A stretch of 64,000 nucleotides of DNA from Bryobacterales bacterium (GTDB lineage Bacteria; Acidobacteriota; Terriglobia; Bryobacterales; Bryobacteraceae). The notes under the pieces are model-generated. The model did not search any database. It was not told the DNA's origin and saw only the letters and a program-made list of their open reading frames with translations. Shown in pieces: positions 8,824-17,678 of this stretch; position 1 is the first letter of the stretch, and every line of letters begins with the position of its first letter. Location of the stretch: NCBI GenBank assembly GCA_963818855.1, contig CAWFUH010000002.1, positions 298,471 through 362,470 of the forward strand. Direction: 5' to 3'. A program made the translations under genes and the position numbers.

Positions 8824-9054
8824 GACTGTGGAAAAGGCTGTGGAAATGAACGGCGATTCGGTACAAGTCTACGTCTTCTCAATGACTTCGTAAGAAATTG
8901 CCCCGCCATACAGCAGAGGCCTGAGAACAGCCTTAAATAATTGGTTTGAAACGCACTTAGCAAACAGAGATTGGTGTTTCGAGCGGCGTGTACACTAATT
9001 GAATTCCTTCTCGCACGCGGCGTAACGGCAAGCTCCGGCCACCCTGTGAGTAAC
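8824..9054 (+). repeat. Non-coding module B, paralogous to 5836-6065
   Basis: Same three conserved blocks at offsets 0, 58 and 221 nt. Starts inside a hairpin (8796-8827) that follows the DUF4132 stop. Ends on the stop codon of the convergent GH32 gene. Confidence 0.7.
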
Positions 9055-10517
9055 TAAGAGGTCAGCCGATCCGGCGAGATGGGCCGCATTTCCCAAGCTT
9101 CGAACGACAGCATGTTCGCCGTGCCGCTGCTTGCATATAACGCGATTCCGGTGCTTCGTGGGCCGGCCGGATACACCCGCGCGCTCAAACAGAACCGGTC
9201 GTTGGCGAATATTTCGATCACGGATCCATCCAGGAAGATATGTAACCGCAAATGCTCGCCGCGGCCCAAAAGGAACGGCCCGGATTGCATGGACTTATCC
9301 GCGGTGCGATCGGTGCTCGACTGGCTGCGGTCCACGCAGATCAACCGCTGGTCGCGATCGTAGTACACCAGCGTCTGCTCGCTGCGGTCCGGTGCAATGC
9401 GCAGCTTCAAGCCGGCAAGCGGCGCATCCGCCGGATCGATCTCCGCCCGGATCTCCAGGCAATCACCTGCGGCGTCGCCGCCCAGCCGCTTGCCGCGCAA
9501 GCTTTCCAGTTCCGGTGCCGGGCGCGTTTGCAACTGGCTGCCAAACAACTTCAACTCGCGCGGAAGCGACATTACACCGCTCCAACCGGCCGCCCGTTGC
9601 GCTTCGACCGGGCGGCCCTCGGTCAGCCATCCCCAGAGAATGCGCCGCCCGCTGGTGTTCGTCATGGTGCGCGCCGCGTAATACGAACCGAAGTCGATGC
9701 CACCCATGGTCTCCGCATAGAATTGGCGATCAGTATATGAGCCGAGCATATACTGGACTACGCGTTCGGTAGAGACGATGAGCAGATACTTGTTGTCGAT
9801 CGGGAAGAAATCCGGGCACTCCCACATTTCGCCGCTATCCACCGGATCTTTGGCGCCGGCACCGGAGTGAAACCTGCGGGTGATCAGCGGATGCAGGTAG
9901 TTCCACTTGCGCAAGTCCTTCGATTCGTACAAGAGCACCGTGCCGCCTTTGCCGCGAAAGCCGGCGCCCAGGCCCATCAGCCAGGTGTCGCCCTCTTTCC
10001 ACACGGCGGGGTCGCGGAAACCCGTCACCTCCAGGCCGGCGGGTGGCGCCGCGATCACCGGATTGCCCGCAAACTTCTTCCAGTCCGTCAGGTTGCCGCT
10101 GCTGGTCGCGATCGACTGGGTTTCCGGATTCACGCCGGTATATATCGCGGTGACGGTCTGGCCGTCGATCACCGCGCAGCCGCTGAATACCCCGTCCTTG
10201 TCGGGCCCGCCCGGCGTGGGCGCGAGCGCCATCGGCAGATGCTTCCAGCGCACGATGTCCTCGCTGACGGCGTGGCCCCAGTGCATGTCTCCCCAAAACG
10301 CCCCATTGGGATTGTACTGATAAAACATGTGATACTGGCCCTGCCAGTAGATGGGGCCGTTGGGATCGTTCATCCAGTTGGCGGGGGGCAGCAGGTGATA
10401 TTGCGGCCGGTGCGGATCGGCCGCCAGCTTGGAAGCCGGGACTGCGGGGCCGCCGCCGACTAGCGGGAGGGCGCCCGCCAACGCCAGGAATTCACGCCGA
10501 CGCATTACAGGCTGCAT
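9054..10517 (-). CDS. Glycoside hydrolase family 32 (beta-fructofuranosidase/levanase-like), Tat-exported
   Basis: Motifs WMNDPNGP, FYQYNP, WGHAVS, FRDP and WECPDF. Twin-arginine signal MRRREFLALAGALPLVGG. Confidence 0.9.
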   Translation of the reverse strand: MQPVMRRREFLALAGALPLVGGGPAVPASKLAADPHRPQYHLLPPANWMNDPNGPIYWQGQYHMFYQYNPNGAFWGDMHWGHAVSEDIVRWKHLPMALAPTPGGPDKDGVFSGCAVIDGQTVTAIYTGVNPETQSIATSSGNLTDWKKFAGNPVIAAPPAGLEVTGFRDPAVWKEGDTWLMGLGAGFRGKGGTVLLYESKDLRKWNYLHPLITRRFHSGAGAKDPVDSGEMWECPDFFPIDNKYLLIVSTERVVQYMLGSYTDRQFYAETMGGIDFGSYYAARTMTNTSGRRILWGWLTEGRPVEAQRAAGWSGVMSLPRELKLFGSQLQTRPAPELESLRGKRLGGDAAGDCLEIRAEIDPADAPLAGLKLRIAPDRSEQTLVYYDRDQRLICVDRSQSSTDRTADKSMQSGPFLLGRGEHLRLHIFLDGSVIEIFANDRFCLSARVYPAGPRSTGIALYASSGTANMLSFEAWEMRPISPDRLTS

Positions 10518-10605
10518 AATTGTTCATGTTAACCGGATGCGCGGCTCGGGATGCAAGGCGCAAGCGAACCATTTCCGATTGTGCTACTATCAGGGCAGGT
10601 CTAAC

Positions 10606-10785
10606 ATGATTGAAGATCTGCTCCAACCCAGGCACCTGATTATTATCTTGGCTATCGCCTTGTTGTTCTTCGGCCCGCAAAAGCTGCCCGAACTCGGCAA
10701 GGGACTGGCCCAAGGCATTCGCAGTTTTAAAGACTCGCTGAAGAGCGTGAATTCAGACGACACTCCGGCGCCGCACAAGGATTAG
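10606..10785 (+). CDS. tatA: Twin-arginine translocase subunit TatA/E
   Basis: 59-aa protein MIEDLLQPRHLIIILAIALLFFGPQKLPELGKGLAQGIRSFKDSL (TM helix, FG hinge, amphipathic helix). Internal ATG of ORF 10429..10785. Confidence 0.85.
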   Translation: MIEDLLQPRHLIIILAIALLFFGPQKLPELGKGLAQGIRSFKDSLKSVNSDDTPAPHKD

Positions 10786-11134
10786 TTCCGCCCGGAAAAT
10801 CTGGTCCTCACGAAGAGACGCCCTCGATTGATCGCGGGCTGTCTCGGTGCGTCTGGTCCTCGCCAAAGCAGCAGTTCTCCCAGATCCCTTCAAATAGAAC
10901 AGTTTTATAAGGTCAGTCCGCCCCGTGGCGCGTGCCACAGGGCCTCGTCAAGAGGCACCGCATATAGTTTTACTGGACTAGGGGTGGATAGCAATTCAAA
11001 GCTAACCGGGCGAAATCCGAAGATTTCGCCCGGGTCGCGTCGAAAATATTTGACCCTGTATTTGTAACTTCTTGGTCCCCTTCTGATCGGGGTTATCGCT
11101 AATATATCATAGAGGCGCTATTCAGGCGAAGAAC

Positions 11135-11734
11135 GTGGTACTGAAATACGCTACCTTCGACGAGGAGTACGTGCAGAGGCTGACGGACGGAGAATCCGCC
11201 GCCTGCGACCACTTCGTGTCGTATTTTGAGAACGTTTTATTCCTAAAGCTGCGCGTGCGGCTGCGCTCTGCACAGTTGATTGAGGATATCCGCCAGGAGA
11301 CCTTCATGCGCGTGCTGTTCATTTTGCGCCAGGGCTCCGGCGTGGATCGCCCGGAACGCTTCGGGGCCTTCGTTAACGGCGTATGCAACAATGTGTTACG
11401 GGAGTTCCGCCGCTTGGACGACCGGGCCGTGCTGTGGGACGAACACAATATGGAGGAACCCGTAGATCCTGCCACAGACCTGGACGCCGGCCTGCTCAGC
11501 CACGATCTGCAGCGGGAGATCAGGCGCGTCCTTGAAACCATGTCCGAGAGGGATCGCCGGATTCTGAAAGCGGTCTATCTTGATGAAATGAGCAGAAACG
11601 ATATCTGCCGGCTGTTTCAGATAGATCCGGGTTACTTGCGCGTCATGCTCTACCGCGCAAAGGAACAGTTCCGCAAAATCTACTGCCTCACGGTTGCCCA
11701 GGTTCCGTTTGCCCTCGAAGACGAAGAAGAGTGA
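11135..11734 (+). CDS. ECF-type RNA polymerase sigma-70 family factor
   Basis: Region 2 (DIRQETFMRVL) and region 4 HTH (SERDRRILKAVYLDEMSRNDICRLFQIDPGYLRVMLYRAKEQF). GTG start. Confidence 0.8.
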   Translation: MVLKYATFDEEYVQRLTDGESAACDHFVSYFENVLFLKLRVRLRSAQLIEDIRQETFMRVLFILRQGSGVDRPERFGAFVNGVCNNVLREFRRLDDRAVLWDEHNMEEPVDPATDLDAGLLSHDLQREIRRVLETMSERDRRILKAVYLDEMSRNDICRLFQIDPGYLRVMLYRAKEQFRKIYCLTVAQVPFALEDEEE

Positions 11735-12197
11735 CAATAGCCTGAGCCTCCGCCGACCGGCCTTCACCAACCGGGCCGACGCCCTCCGCGGTCTTGAACT
11801 TCAGGGACACGCGGTCCAGATCGAGTTCCAGGGTTGCGGCGAGTTGGCGGCGGATGGCGTCCCGATAATCTTTTAGCTTGGGACGTTCCAGAATCACGGT
11901 GGAATCCACGTTCACGATCCGGTAACCGCGGCCCATCGCCAGATCGCGCGCGTGGACCAGGAATTGAAGACTGCCGGCGCCTTGCCATCGCGGGTCGGTA
12001 TCGGGAAAGTGCATGCCGATGTCCCCTAGTGCGGCCGCGCCCAGGATGGCGTCTGTAATGGCGTGCGCCAGAACATCGGCGTCGGAATGGCCTTCGAGGC
12101 CGTACGGGGCGGGGATAGCGACTCCGCCCAGGATCAGGGGACGATCGGGTGCCAGCCGGTGCGCATCCCAGCCGAGACCCGTGCGGTATTCGCTCAC
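11688..12197 (-). CDS. ispF: 2-C-methyl-D-erythritol 2,4-cyclodiphosphate synthase
   Basis: GLGWDAHRL...GHSDADVLAHAITDAILGAAALGDIGMHFPDTDPRWQGA closely matches E. coli IspF motifs. Confidence 0.95.
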   Translation of the reverse strand: MSEYRTGLGWDAHRLAPDRPLILGGVAIPAPYGLEGHSDADVLAHAITDAILGAAALGDIGMHFPDTDPRWQGAGSLQFLVHARDLAMGRGYRIVNVDSTVILERPKLKDYRDAIRRQLAATLELDLDRVSLKFKTAEGVGPVGEGRSAEAQAIVTLLRLRGQTEPGQP

Positions 12198-12928
12198 AGT
12201 TCGCGGGGCGCGGTTTCCTCTTCCAGGAACAGCCGCGCCAGGTCCATATCGCTGGGCTTAGTGATCTTGATGTTGCGGTCGCTGCCCAGCACCACGCTGA
12301 CTTCCACTTCCAGCCGCTCCACCAGGCTCGATTCATCGGTGGCGGTGAAGCCGTCGCTCTGTGCGGCGGCGAAGGCCCGCACCAGCAGATCGTAGCGGAA
12401 AACCTGCGGCGTTTGCGCCAGCACCAGCTTTTCGCGCGGCAGCGTGGCGCGGATCTTGGCTTTGCTGGTCTGGGCGCGGGTCACCTGCTTCACCGTATCT
12501 ACCGGCACGATTCCCACAATAGCCGCGCCGGTTTCGGCGGCTTCGTCGATTACCTTTTCGATGGTTTCCAGATCGATGAAGGGCCGCACGGCGTCGTGCA
12601 CCGCTACCAGCGTGGTATCGGGATCGAGCGCCGCCAGGGCGTTTTCCACGGATTGCTGCCGCGAATTGCCGCCTTCCACCACGCGCATTTTCTTGCCGGA
12701 TACTTCGCGCTGGAGCATTTCCGCGACCCAATCCAGATCCTCGTGCCGCACGGCCACCACGATCTCGGCGACGCGCGGTATCGCGGCAAACTTGCGCACC
12801 GAATGCAGCAGGATGGGAGCGCCATCCAGCAGCATGAACTGCTTCCTACTGGTGCCCGCTTTCTCGGCGGACGTCCGGCCCATGCGGGTACCAAGCCCCG
12901 CCGCGGGCAGAATCACAGCCACTTTCAT
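12194..12928 (-). CDS. ispD: 2-C-methyl-D-erythritol 4-phosphate cytidylyltransferase
   Basis: N-terminal AVILPAAGLGTRMG...KQFMLLDGAPIL. 4-nt overlap with ispF. Confidence 0.9.
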   Translation of the reverse strand: MKVAVILPAAGLGTRMGRTSAEKAGTSRKQFMLLDGAPILLHSVRKFAAIPRVAEIVVAVRHEDLDWVAEMLQREVSGKKMRVVEGGNSRQQSVENALAALDPDTTLVAVHDAVRPFIDLETIEKVIDEAAETGAAIVGIVPVDTVKQVTRAQTSKAKIRATLPREKLVLAQTPQVFRYDLLVRAFAAAQSDGFTATDESSLVERLEVEVSVVLGSDRNIKITKPSDMDLARLFLEEETAPREL

Positions 12929-12937
12929 AGAGTCGCT

Positions 12938-14035
12938 CTACGATTCTATCGTGGTTTTCTCGGTGGTGAGGGGCTCGGTCTTGCGCGGCAACCGGTCGTG
13001 CCGCTCGGCGCCGGCCGCGGCCACGGCGTGCATGCGCTCGTCGAACTTGCCGAATATCATCTTGCCCGCGGTAGTTTGTAACACGCTCGTAACTGAGATA
13101 TCGATGGTCTTGGAGATCATCTTGCGCGCGTTGTCTACCACCACCATGGTGCCGTCATCGAGATAGGCGACGCCCTGGTTATACTCTTTGCCTTCTTTCA
13201 GGATGAACACACGCATGGTCTCGCCGGGCAGCACAATGGGCTTCAGCGCATTGGCCAGTTCGTTGATGTTGAGCACTTGCACGCCGTGCAGTTGCGCGAC
13301 CTTATTCAGATTGAAATCGTTGGTGATGATCTTCGAGTCGTAGACCTTGCCCAGTTCTATCAGCTTCATATCCACTTCGCGCACGTGCGGGAAATCGTCT
13401 TCGACAATCTGCACGTTCAGGTGCGCCATCTTCTGGATGCGCTGCAGAATATCCAGCCCGCGGCGCCCGCGGTTGCGCTTCATGGAATCGGCGGAATCGG
13501 CCACCAGTTGCAGCTCGCGCAAAACAAACTGCGGGATAACCAGCACGCCATCGAGAAAGCCGGTCTCGGCGATATCGGCGATGCGGCCGTCGATAATGAC
13601 GCTGGTGTCCAGGATTTTGAAGGATTTCTTCGATGCCTTCTCGCCGCCGAAAACCCCACCCAACGCGGACAAGTTGAGCATGTCGCCCTTCTGGGCGCCA
13701 ACGATCAGGCCGACGTAAGTCATCCAGAGCAGCAGGCTCACTTGTATAAAAGGAATCAACTGGGAGCCGGTGCCCCCCTCCACGCGCACCCAGTTCAGCA
13801 CCAGCGACATGAAAAAAGCTCCGATGATGCCGAGTACCGATCCGAAGGCCGCCCCGATCAGCCGCTTCAGGCTGACTTGTTCCAGGCGCACTTCGAAGAA
13901 GATAATACAACCGCCGAGGATTAGTCCCGCCAATGCCGCCCAAGGTGAAGGAGCCGGGAAAAAGGGATGCAGCAGGTAGCCGGACGCAGTTAATACGAGC
14001 ACGAATATGATGCGAACGATAGTTAAATCGAACAT
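12938..14035 (-). CDS. PIN/TRAM domain membrane protein (YacL-like)
   Basis: N-terminal TM helices, a PIN core (ILDTSVIIDGRIADI...VIPQFVLRELQ) and a C-terminal TRAM-like segment. The yacL-ispD-ispF order matches that known in Firmicutes. Confidence 0.8.
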   Translation of the reverse strand: MFDLTIVRIIFVLVLTASGYLLHPFFPAPSPWAALAGLILGGCIIFFEVRLEQVSLKRLIGAAFGSVLGIIGAFFMSLVLNWVRVEGGTGSQLIPFIQVSLLLWMTYVGLIVGAQKGDMLNLSALGGVFGGEKASKKSFKILDTSVIIDGRIADIAETGFLDGVLVIPQFVLRELQLVADSADSMKRNRGRRGLDILQRIQKMAHLNVQIVEDDFPHVREVDMKLIELGKVYDSKIITNDFNLNKVAQLHGVQVLNINELANALKPIVLPGETMRVFILKEGKEYNQGVAYLDDGTMVVVDNARKMISKTIDISVTSVLQTTAGKMIFGKFDERMHAVAAAGAERHDRLPRKTEPLTTEKTTIES

Positions 14036-14092
14036 GAGAACACCACTTTCCGGGTGAATTCGAGAGAGCGCAGGAAAGCCGATCCGTCCTCT

Positions 14093-14119
14093 CGACCCTG
14101 ATCGCGAACAACAGGGTCG
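14093..14119 (-). terminator. Hairpin downstream of the PQQ dehydrogenase gene (possible terminator, no U-tract)
   Basis: CGACCCTG-11 nt-CAGGGTCG, 74 nt past the stop at 14193. There is no T-run on the minus strand. Confidence 0.25.
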
Positions 14120-14192
14120 CGCGAAGATTATAGCATTGAAATCGACGCCGCGCTGCTCACTCAGTTAGTTTTTGGATAGCCGGCCCACGACA

Positions 14193-16295
14193 CTAAAGGC
14201 CGTCCTGCGGTAAGGCAAATGCAACGTAGTTCCCGCCCGATGGGGCGCCGCACTTGCCTCCGCCGGCGGCAACCACCACGAACTGGCGCCCGTTCACTTC
14301 GTAAGTGGCGGGCGTGGCGTTACCCCCCGCGGGCAGCGTAGCTTCCCACAGCAACTTACCCGTGGATTTATCGTACGCGTGAAACTTGCGGTCGTGCACC
14401 GTCGCGGCAATGAATAACAAGCCACCCGCGGTCACGACAGGCCCGCCGTAGTTCTCGCTGCCGGTTTGGTGTTGGCCTTGCGCGGCCAATTCGGGATACT
14501 CGCCGAATGGGATTTTCCAGGCGATTTCACCCTGGTTCAGGTCGATGGCGTTAAGCGTTCCCCAGGGCGGTTCGACAGCCGGGTAACCATCCGGATCGAG
14601 AAACTTGTTGTAGCCGTCAATCCGATATTTCTGTTCAATCGGCCACGGACTCGGTGCCACGCCCGCTAAAGGCGCGCTTTTGCCGGTGGTCACATACGTA
14701 ACGATGGCGGCTAGAGCCACAGGCGCCAATTGCGCGAACGCCGGCATGCGTCCGCTTCCGTCATGTATGATGGCAGCGATCTGCGCAGGAGTGCGGCGGG
14801 TGGAGATGTCGATCAAGGAAGGAAATTCCGGCGGAGTGCCTTGCCGATCCTGGCGGTGACACCCGGCGCAGCGCGCCTCATACAAGCCTCGGCTGGTATT
14901 CCGGCTGGCCGGTGCATCCACGAGCCGCAGAATCCAGGGCATCTCGTTGGCATTCACGTAGAGCAACCCGGTGGCTGGATCGAATGCCGCACCGCCCCAC
15001 TCGGCGCCGCCATCGAAGCCGGGAAAGATAACGGTGCCTTCCAGGCTGGGCGGCACAAACTGGCCGGCGCTGCGCACCTGCCGCAATCGCGCGAGCACCG
15101 CGGCGTGCGCTTCGGGCGTGCGGTTGGTGACCATGTCGTCCGTGAAGATCTGGCGGGCGAACGGAGGCGGCTTCAACGGCAGCGGCTGGCGTCCTACGGC
15201 AACCTCACCTTCGGCTTCCGAAGCGGGCACGGACCGCTCCTCAATCGGAAACAGCGGCTGGCCGGACGCACGATCGAACAGGAACACATGGCCGGACTTG
15301 GTGATTTGCGCCACCGCATCCACCGCGCGGCCATCGTGACGAACTGTCACCAGGTTGGGAGGAGCCGGAAAATCGCGGTCCCAAAGATCGTGGTGGACCG
15401 CCTGAAAATGCCACACGCGCTCGCCGGTATCCGCCTTCAGTGCTAGCAAAGTGTTGGCGAACAGGTCATCGCCTTTGCGATTCGCGCCGTAGAAATCGAA
15501 CGCCGCCGAGCCGGTCGGAACATATACCAGGCCGCGCTTCTCGTCGAGGCTCATGCCCGCCCAGTTATTGGCCGCGCCGATGTACTGCCAGGCGTCCTTC
15601 GGCCACGTGTCGTAACCATACTCGCCGGGGTGCGGGATGGTGTGGAATGTCCAGCGGATTTTGCCGGTGCGGACATCATAAGCACGGATGTCTCCGGGTG
15701 ATGCGGGCAGGGTTTCGGGAACAATGCTGCCCATGATCAGCAGATCTTTATAAATAATGCCGGGGCTGGTCGCCGAAATGGACATCTCCGCGGCAGGCCG
15801 GCCGAGCCCCTCACGCAGGTCTACGCGGCCGGCGTCGCCGAATGCTTTGATGGGGGTGCCCGTGCCCGCATCGATGGCGTAAAGCCAGTGACCGGCAGCG
15901 AAGAAAATGCGCTGATCGGCGCCATCCCCCCAATAAGTGACGCCGCGGTTGCGGGCTTTGCCGAAATCGCGCTGGTGCTGCCGCGGATCGAAAGACCAGC
16001 GCAGTTTGCCGCTGGCCGCGTCCAGCGCAATCAGCCGCAGCTTGGGCGAGGTCGCATACAGCACCCCATCCACGATGATGGGATTGCATTCCATTTCGGA
16101 ATCGACGGAGGCATCCCCGGTCTCGAAGGTCCAGGCCACCTGGAGATGCGCAACGTTGCTTCTATTGATCTGATCGAGCGCCGAATAGCGGATGCTGTCG
16201 GGGCCGCCGCCATAGACGGTCCACTCGCGATACGGTCCGGCGGCATTGAGGGCGACGCCGAGCAGAGCGGCGCTAGCGGCAATTGCGGCTGGCAT
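14193..16295 (-). CDS. PQQ-dependent dehydrogenase beta-propeller with an embedded c-type cytochrome domain
   Basis: PQQ-propeller W-motif repeats ([52 protein letters not shown]). Heme motif CAGCH encoded at 14856-14870. Signal peptide from the ATG at 16295 (ORF extends to 16346). Confidence 0.8.
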   Translation of the reverse strand: MPAAIAASAALLGVALNAAGPYREWTVYGGGPDSIRYSALDQINRSNVAHLQVAWTFETGDASVDSEMECNPIIVDGVLYATSPKLRLIALDAASGKLRWSFDPRQHQRDFGKARNRGVTYWGDGADQRIFFAAGHWLYAIDAGTGTPIKAFGDAGRVDLREGLGRPAAEMSISATSPGIIYKDLLIMGSIVPETLPASPGDIRAYDVRTGKIRWTFHTIPHPGEYGYDTWPKDAWQYIGAANNWAGMSLDEKRGLVYVPTGSAAFDFYGANRKGDDLFANTLLALKADTGERVWHFQAVHHDLWDRDFPAPPNLVTVRHDGRAVDAVAQITKSGHVFLFDRASGQPLFPIEERSVPASEAEGEVAVGRQPLPLKPPPFARQIFTDDMVTNRTPEAHAAVLARLRQVRSAGQFVPPSLEGTVIFPGFDGGAEWGGAAFDPATGLLYVNANEMPWILRLVDAPASRNTSRGLYEARCAGCHRQDRQGTPPEFPSLIDISTRRTPAQIAAIIHDGSGRMPAFAQLAPVALAAIVTYVTTGKSAPLAGVAPSPWPIEQKYRIDGYNKFLDPDGYPAVEPPWGTLNAIDLNQGEIAWKIPFGEYPELAAQGQHQTGSENYGGPVVTAGGLLFIAATVHDRKFHAYDKSTGKLLWEATLPAGGNATPATYEVNGRQFVVVAAGGGKCGAPSGGNYVAFALPQDGL

Positions 16296-16519
16296 TCGCA
16301 CGATGATTCTCAATATAGCGCGAGTCGCGGACCAGACCCGCGGCAAATTTTAGAACTCCGAGCAAGGCTGAAGCGTTTGATCGGCATGAGAACCCACATC
16401 CCCGCCTTTTGCCGTGCTTGCTGCTGCATCCTGACCCGCCGCGAATCTGGAGGTCTGCCCGACATACTTGCATTTCCCTTTTTCTTCGCCCACAATAATA
16501 CAGAGAGGAGAATGCGTGT

Positions 16520-17146
16520 ATGGCTCTGACCCGCCGCCAAAAGCAAGTGATCGACTTAATTGCGAAATTTGTGGACGACAACGGCTACAGCCCCAGCTAC
16601 GAAGAACTGGCGCAAGGCCTGCAGTTGGCTTCGCTCGCCACCGTGCATAAACACATCTCCGCGCTGACGGAGAAGAACTATTTGAAGCGCGGCGTGAATC
16701 AGAGCCGTTCGCTCGAATTGGGACCGAAGTACATTCAGGAGAACCGCCGCCATCGGGAGACCGCAGCGCTGGAGGTGCCGCTGCTGGGACGGATCGCGGC
16801 GGGGCTACCGGTGGAATCGGTAGAGCAGCGGGCCACGCTCAGCTTCGCCGACTTCGTGGGCAACCCGGATACGTTCGCGCTGGAAGTGCGCGGCGAGTCG
16901 ATGATCGGCGATCACATTTGCAATGGAGACATGGTTCTTCTGCAGCGCACCAGTGAAGTGCGCGACGGCGAAATTGTGGTGGCGCTGGTGGAAGGCGCGG
17001 AGACCACGCTGAAACGTTTTTATCGCGAACCGGGAGGCAAGGTTCGGCTACAGCCCGCCAACCCCGCTCTGCAGCCGATCATCGTGCCGGCCGCGGACGT
17101 AGAGATACAGGGGCGCTTACTCGCCGTGTTGCGCAAGTATAAATAA
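16520..17146 (+). CDS. lexA: LexA repressor
   Basis: N-terminal wHTH (LTRRQKQVIDLIAKFVDDNGYSPSYEELAQGL). S24 peptidase core (GESMIGDHICNGDMVLLQ...VALVEGAETTLKRFY). Confidence 0.95.
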   Translation: MALTRRQKQVIDLIAKFVDDNGYSPSYEELAQGLQLASLATVHKHISALTEKNYLKRGVNQSRSLELGPKYIQENRRHRETAALEVPLLGRIAAGLPVESVEQRATLSFADFVGNPDTFALEVRGESMIGDHICNGDMVLLQRTSEVRDGEIVVALVEGAETTLKRFYREPGGKVRLQPANPALQPIIVPAADVEIQGRLLAVLRKYK

Positions 17147-17219
17147 CTTGACTTATCGCGTAATTGAACTTAGCCGAGGCCGCAGCATTCAGGCCTGACT
17201 ATCCGTGGCCCGTACGGGC

Positions 17220-17513
17220 TTAGTTTGTGGCTGCCATGGCCAGGGCGCCGCTTAACTCCTGCTCGGCGCGCAGCCAGTCATCTTCGGAAGAGCCGCCTTG
17301 ATAGCCGCGTGCTTCCCAATAGGAATATGCTAGTTGGGCTATCTCATCGAACGTCGGACCGGGGCGTTGGCTCAATGCGGACGAAGAACTTATGGCACTC
17401 CCGGATGTTTCAGTAACGACGGAGTTCCTGTGCTTACGTGTACTCTTGGCGCGCGCGGGTGCGGCGGCGGAAGAGACTACCGGCTCGGAACTGGTACTTC
17501 TTTTAGTTGCCAT
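17220..17513 (-). CDS. DUF2934 domain protein
   Basis: Motif FDEIAQLAYSYWEARGYQGGSSEDDWLRAEQEL. The ORF extends to a TTG at 17534; the ATG at 17513 is preferred. Confidence 0.7.
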   Translation of the reverse strand: MATKRSTSSEPVVSSAAAPARAKSTRKHRNSVVTETSGSAISSSSALSQRPGPTFDEIAQLAYSYWEARGYQGGSSEDDWLRAEQELSGALAMAATN

Positions 17514-17678
17514 ACAAGGATATTTCACTCCCAAGGTTTGAGCTTAACTCTCTCGATTTTACCAAATTTCACGCCGCGCACCGTAAAAAGTTTTTATGAA
17601 TTCCATCACGATTTCGGGGGCGTGCTGTTTCAGACAAAGAGTATCTACACGCGTGCAACGAGGTATATTAAGGTTATC

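Noticed and set aside
16347-16519. Searched for a LexA operator (SOS box) upstream of lexA
   Set aside because: I saw no GAAC-N-GTTC, CTGT-N8-ACAG or other convincing palindrome. The nearest E. coli-like half site (CTGTATTATTGT on the minus strand, about 16493-16504) lacks the second arm. I do not know the operator consensus for this phylum well enough to make a call.
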